Assembly: GCA_037439485.1 (NCBI GenBank)
Contig: JBBIVY010000005.1
Span: 1-61,290 of the forward strand
DNA from: Planctomycetota bacterium
GTDB taxonomy: Bacteria > Planctomycetota > DG-23 > DATKVD01
DNA: 61,290 nucleotides
Reading direction: 5' to 3'
Position 1 is the stretch's first letter, and the number at the start of each line of letters is the position of its first letter. The notes beneath the pieces are model-generated. The model saw only the letters and a list, made by a program, of their open reading frames with translations, made no database searches and had not been told where the DNA came from. Below are positions 57,660-61,290 of this stretch, piece by piece. A program made the translations under genes and the position numbers.

Positions 57660-58960
57660 ACGCACGCGACATGGCCGAGCGTATCGTCCTGCGGCTTCGC
57701 GAGGCCGGTTTCGCGGCCTATTTCGCGGGGGGGTGCGTCCGCGACATGCTCCGGAGCGTCGAGCCCGCGGACTACGACGTTGCGACCTCGGCCAGGCCCG
57801 AGGACATCCGCCGGCTCTTCGCGAAGACCGTTCCCGTCGGCGAGGCGTTCGGCGTCGTCCTCGTCATCGAGGACGCTCACGAGTTCGAGGTCGCGACGTT
57901 TCGCTCCGACGGCCCCTACACCGACGGCCGCCACCCCGACGCGGTGACGTTCACCGACGTCGAAGGCGACGTGCGCCGGCGCGATTTCACCGTCAACGGG
58001 ATGATGTTCGATCCGGCAGAGCAGCGCGTCATCGACCTCGTCGGCGGGCGCGCCGACCTCGCGGCGAAGGTCATTCGCGCGATCGGCGAGCCGCGGCATC
58101 GGTTCGAGGAGGACCGCCTGCGCCTCGTGCGAGCGGTGCGATTCGCGGCGCGCCTCGGCTTTGTCATCGAGCCCGCGACCCGCGCGGCAATCGTCGAATA
58201 TGCCCCGCGCATCGGCTCCGTCAGCCCCGAGCGCATCGCGCGCGAAATCCAGCTCATCCTCGGCGATCACTCGCGGGGCGCCGCGTTTCGGATGCTCGAC
58301 GAGCTTGGGCTTCTCGCGCAGATACTGCCCGAGATCGTTGCGATGAAGGGCATCGGCCAGAGCGAGAAATGGCACCCGGAGGGCGACGTTTTCGAGCACA
58401 CGATGCGGTGCCTGGAGGTGGCGGGGGACGCGCGGTGGGAGCTGTCCCTGGCGGCGCTTTTGCACGACGTGGGCAAGCCGCGGGCCGCGGACGGGCACGG
58501 CTTTGCGGGGCACGAGCGCATCGGCGCCGAGATGGCCGACGACATCGCGCGGCGGCTGCGGCTTTCGAACCGCGAGCGCGAAAAGATTGTGTGGCTCGTC
58601 CACAATCACATGAAGTTCACCGTCGCCCGCGAGATGCGCGAGGGCACGCTCCGCCGGCTCATGAGCGAGCCGCTCTTTGACGACCTTGCCGAGCTTCACC
58701 GCATCGACGCGACGGCCTCGGCGGGGGATCTTTCCGAGTATGAGTTCGTCCTGGAGCGCCGGCGCGTCTTCCTCGCCGAGAAGCCTCCGGTCAAGCCGTT
58801 CATCACCGGCCACGACCTCATCGCCCGTGGGCTCAAGCCCGGTCCCGTCTTCGCCGAGATCCTCGACGAGGTCTACGACGCCCAGCTCGAAGGCGCCTTC
58901 TCCGATCCCCCCGGCGCCCTGGCGTTTCTGGACGAAGTCCTCCGACGCCGGGGTCTCTGA
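57656..58960 (+). CDS. cca: CCA tRNA nucleotidyltransferase with HD domain
   Basis: GGCVRD, DYDVAT, EVATFR, RRDFTVN, EDRLRLVRAVRF, HPEGDVFEHT, LLHDVGK. Confidence 0.9.
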   Translation: MNARDMAERIVLRLREAGFAAYFAGGCVRDMLRSVEPADYDVATSARPEDIRRLFAKTVPVGEAFGVVLVIEDAHEFEVATFRSDGPYTDGRHPDAVTFTDVEGDVRRRDFTVNGMMFDPAEQRVIDLVGGRADLAAKVIRAIGEPRHRFEEDRLRLVRAVRFAARLGFVIEPATRAAIVEYAPRIGSVSPERIAREIQLILGDHSRGAAFRMLDELGLLAQILPEIVAMKGIGQSEKWHPEGDVFEHTMRCLEVAGDARWELSLAALLHDVGKPRAADGHGFAGHERIGAEMADDIARRLRLSNREREKIVWLVHNHMKFTVAREMREGTLRRLMSEPLFDDLAELHRIDATASAGDLSEYEFVLERRRVFLAEKPPVKPFITGHDLIARGLKPGPVFAEILDEVYDAQLEGAFSDPPGALAFLDEVLRRRGL

Positions 58961-58978
58961 CGAGCCACGCTGTTTTAT

Positions 58979-59043
58979 GTAGCGCGCCCCCTTGTGGGGC
59001 GCTCTTTTCGGCACTCGCCCGGCCCACGAGGGAGCCGGGCTAC
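58979..59043. repeat. Inverted GTAG-type REP doublet between convergent cca and queA
   Basis: + strand gtagcgcgcccccttgtggggcgct (58979-59003); - strand gtagcccggctccctcgtgggccgggc (59043-59017). Confidence 0.7.
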
Positions 59044-60080
59044 ACGATCAGCATCGCGTCGCCGAAGCTGAAGAAGCGATATCCTTGGCGCTTGGCCTCC
59101 TCGTAGGCGGCGAGGATTCGCTCTCGCCCGGCGAAGGCGGAGACGAGCATGAGGAGCGTGCTCTTGGGGAGGTGGAAGTTGGTGACGAGGGCATCGACCG
59201 CGCGGAAGCGGTAGGGCGGCAGGATGAAGATCGACGTGGCCCCGCGGCCGGGGGCAAGCGAGCCATCCTCGCGCGCGCAGGTCTCGATCGTCCGCACGCT
59301 CGTCGTCCCCACCGCGACGATTCGCCCGCCGGATCTGCGCCGCGACTCGATGAGCGCCGCGGCGTCGGCCGTCAGTTCGTATTCCTCAGAGTGCATCCGG
59401 TGCGCTGAAAGGTCCTCCGTCTTCACCGACTGGAACGTCCCCTGGCCGACGTGCAGCGTCAGCCGCGCGATCGCAGTGCCCTTGGCCTCGATCTCGCCGA
59501 GCAGCTTCGGCGTGAAGTGAAGCCCCGCCGTGGGCGCGGCGACGGCGCCGGGGCGCTCGGCGTAGACGGTCTGATATCGCTCGCGGTCGGCCGTGTCGCG
59601 GGGGGCGTCGTGCTCCGTTCGGCGGATGTAAGGCGGCACCGGGGCCAGTCCATGCGCTTCGAGCACGGCGGCCGCGTCGGGCTCGTCGAAGCGGATCGTC
59701 CAGATTCCCGCGTCGTCCTTCGCGACGAGGTGCGCGGAGAGTCTCGCGTCGAGCAGGGAAAGCGTCTCGCCGTCGGCGAGGCGTCCGTGCGACTTGAAGA
59801 TTCCCCGCCATGTGCCGGAAGGGTCGACGCCGAGGAGCAGGCCGTCGATGTGCCCGCCCGTCGCCCGGCGGCCCGTCACGCGCCAGGGGTTGACGCGCGT
59901 GTCGTTGATGACCAGCACGTCCTCGGGTCGGAGGAAGTCGGCGAGGTCCGGGAACTTCCGGTGCTCGATCGCCCCCGTGTCGCGATCGAGCACCATCAGG
60001 CGCGATTCGTCCCGCCGGTCGGCCGGGCGCTGCGCGATCATCTCGGGCGGCAGGTGATAGTCGAAATCGCTGAGCTTCAT
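59040..60080 (-). CDS. queA: S-adenosylmethionine:tRNA ribosyltransferase-isomerase
   Basis: MKLSDFDYHLP..IAQRP, PPYIRR, YQTVYA..GAVAAPTAGLHFT, LHVGQGTF, VGTTSVR, TNFHLPKSTL, YRFFSFGDAM. Confidence 0.97.
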   Translation of the reverse strand: MKLSDFDYHLPPEMIAQRPADRRDESRLMVLDRDTGAIEHRKFPDLADFLRPEDVLVINDTRVNPWRVTGRRATGGHIDGLLLGVDPSGTWRGIFKSHGRLADGETLSLLDARLSAHLVAKDDAGIWTIRFDEPDAAAVLEAHGLAPVPPYIRRTEHDAPRDTADRERYQTVYAERPGAVAAPTAGLHFTPKLLGEIEAKGTAIARLTLHVGQGTFQSVKTEDLSAHRMHSEEYELTADAAALIESRRRSGGRIVAVGTTSVRTIETCAREDGSLAPGRGATSIFILPPYRFRAVDALVTNFHLPKSTLLMLVSAFAGRERILAAYEEAKRQGYRFFSFGDAMLIV

Positions 60081-60092
60081 GCCTCTCCCCGT

Positions 60093-60118
60093 GTAGGGGC
60101 GGACCTGCGTGTCCGCCC
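60093..60118 (+). repeat. GTAG-type REP upstream of queA
   Basis: gtaggggcggacctgcgtgtccgccc: GTAG tetranucleotide followed by the hairpin gggcggac/gtccgccc. Confidence 0.75.
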
Positions 60119-60214
60119 GCTCTTCTTCTCGATTGCCTAGTGTATGCGCGGAGGGCCCGCTCGCCAAGAGAATTGCGCTTGGCCGGCGCGCTGCGGCGGG
60201 GTAGAATCTGCCGC

Positions 60215-61290
60215 ATGGCCGACAGGATTCGCATTGCGTTTCTGATCACCGACCTCGACACCGGCGGCGCCGAGCGAAACCTCGCGACGCTGGCGGAGGG
60301 GCTCGACCGCTCGCGGTTCGAGCCGGTCGTCGCGTCGCTCATGCCGCCGGGACGAATCGGAGAGGAACTCGTCGCGCGCGGCGTCGGCGTCACCAGCCTC
60401 CGCATGACGAGCCGATTGAGCCTCATGGGCTACGTGCGCCTCGTGCGCTGGCTCAAGGAGGCGAAGCCCGATATCCTGCATACGTGGCTCTTCCACGCCA
60501 ACGTGCTCGGCCGCCTGGCCGCGAAACGCGCGCGGGTGCCGCACGTGATTTCGAGCATCCGCGTCGCCGAGCCGCGAAAGTGGCATCTCTTCCTCGACCG
60601 CATGACGGTGAAGCGAGCCGAGCGCGTCCTCGTGAATTCCCTCAGCCTGCGCCAATACGCCGCGAATCACGGGATTCCCGAGGACAAGCTCCGGGTGATT
60701 CCGAACGCCGTGGATCTGGGGCGATTTGCCGCAGTTTCTCGGGCGCCCCACGAAGGTGCGGTCGCGCTCTTTATCGGCCGGCTTCATGCGCAGAAGGGTG
60801 TCGACGTGCTCCTGCGCGCGGCGGCGAAGACGACGACCGTGAAGTTCCGCATCGTCGGCGACGGGCCGGATCGCGAATCGCTCGGTCGGCTTGCGGCGGA
60901 GTTGAAGTTGGATAACGTCGAGTTCGTCGGGAGGAGCGAGGACATCCCCAATCTGCTCGCCGCGGCCGACCTGCTCGTGCTGCCGAGCCGTTGGGAGGGC
61001 ATGCCCAACGTCGTGCTCGAAGCGATGGCGGCGCGCGTTCCGGTCGTTGCGACGAACGTCGTCGGCACGCGGGACCTCGTGATGAATGAGGTCAACGGGA
61101 TGCTCGTCGCGGTTGACGACGTCGACGCGCTTGCCTCGGCCATCGCGCGAATCGCGGGAGATCGAACGCTTGCGGCGAGGCTTGTCGAGGCAGGCACAGC
61201 GACGGCGCGGGCTCATTCTCCCCAGGCGATGATCGGCGCCCACGAGGCGCTTTACGCGGAGTTGATGGGCCGCAATTCAGCGGGTGTCAC
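60215..61290 (+). CDS. Glycosyltransferase family 4 (runs off the window end; missing from the ORF track)
   Basis: Manual translation from ATG 60215: MADRIRIAFLITDLDTGGAERNL...PDILHTWLFHAN...IPNAVD...IGRLHAQKGVD...PSRWEGMPNVVLEAMA; no stop before 61290; TTGGCC-N17-TAGAAT ends 7 nt upstream. Confidence 0.9.
   Translation, partial: MADRIRIAFLITDLDTGGAERNLATLAEGLDRSRFEPVVASLMPPGRIGEELVARGVGVTSLRMTSRLSLMGYVRLVRWLKEAKPDILHTWLFHANVLGRLAAKRARVPHVISSIRVAEPRKWHLFLDRMTVKRAERVLVNSLSLRQYAANHGIPEDKLRVIPNAVDLGRFAAVSRAPHEGAVALFIGRLHAQKGVDVLLRAAAKTTTVKFRIVGDGPDRESLGRLAAELKLDNVEFVGRSEDIPNLLAAADLLVLPSRWEGMPNVVLEAMAARVPVVATNVVGTRDLVMNEVNGMLVAVDDVDALASAIARIAGDRTLAARLVEAGTATARAHSPQAMIGAHEALYAELMGRNSAGV

Overview
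High-GC (roughly 70% by eye), gene-dense chromosomal segment, most likely from a Planctomycetota-type bacterium. That assignment is inferred from the long PilM-fusion/secretin cluster, squalene-cyclase-repeat and HEAT proteins, DUF58/BatA-VWA genes and the repeat families. About 45 credible CDS are present. They include mtaB, nrnA, family-4 UDG, a pilM(N)-pilO-X-secretin operon, two GT-C glycosyltransferases, dnaK-clpB, a long housekeeping run (pheA, tpiA, secG, pyrE, yicC, gmk, rpoZ, coaC/coaB, dut, ftsK, rimO, pgsA, pgpA, uppP, CNNM/CBS transporter, addB/addA), a HEAT + HD-GYP pair, a TPR-gluzincin, rsmD-DUF58-BatA/VWA-CCA, queA and a GT4 gene that runs off the window end. I saw no rRNA, tRNA, CRISPR array, transposase, integrase or prophage. 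The best signals are: (i) two sigma-54 promoters identical over 20 bp and built alike (paired palindromic enhancer sites, 25-bp TAA-N19-TTR site, -24/-12), one driving dnaK-clpB and one an orphan 126-aa gene; (ii) a coupled HEAT/HD-GYP pair sharing an unannotated N-terminal domain; (iii) a duplicated leaderless promoter plus addB 5' end that creates a uORF in front of the CNNM gene; (iv) REP-type palindromes inserted in frame in udg and rimO or supplying a stop codon or RBS; (v) a candidate sRNA/leader upstream of the pilus operon. No database searches were run, so novelty is inferred, not shown.
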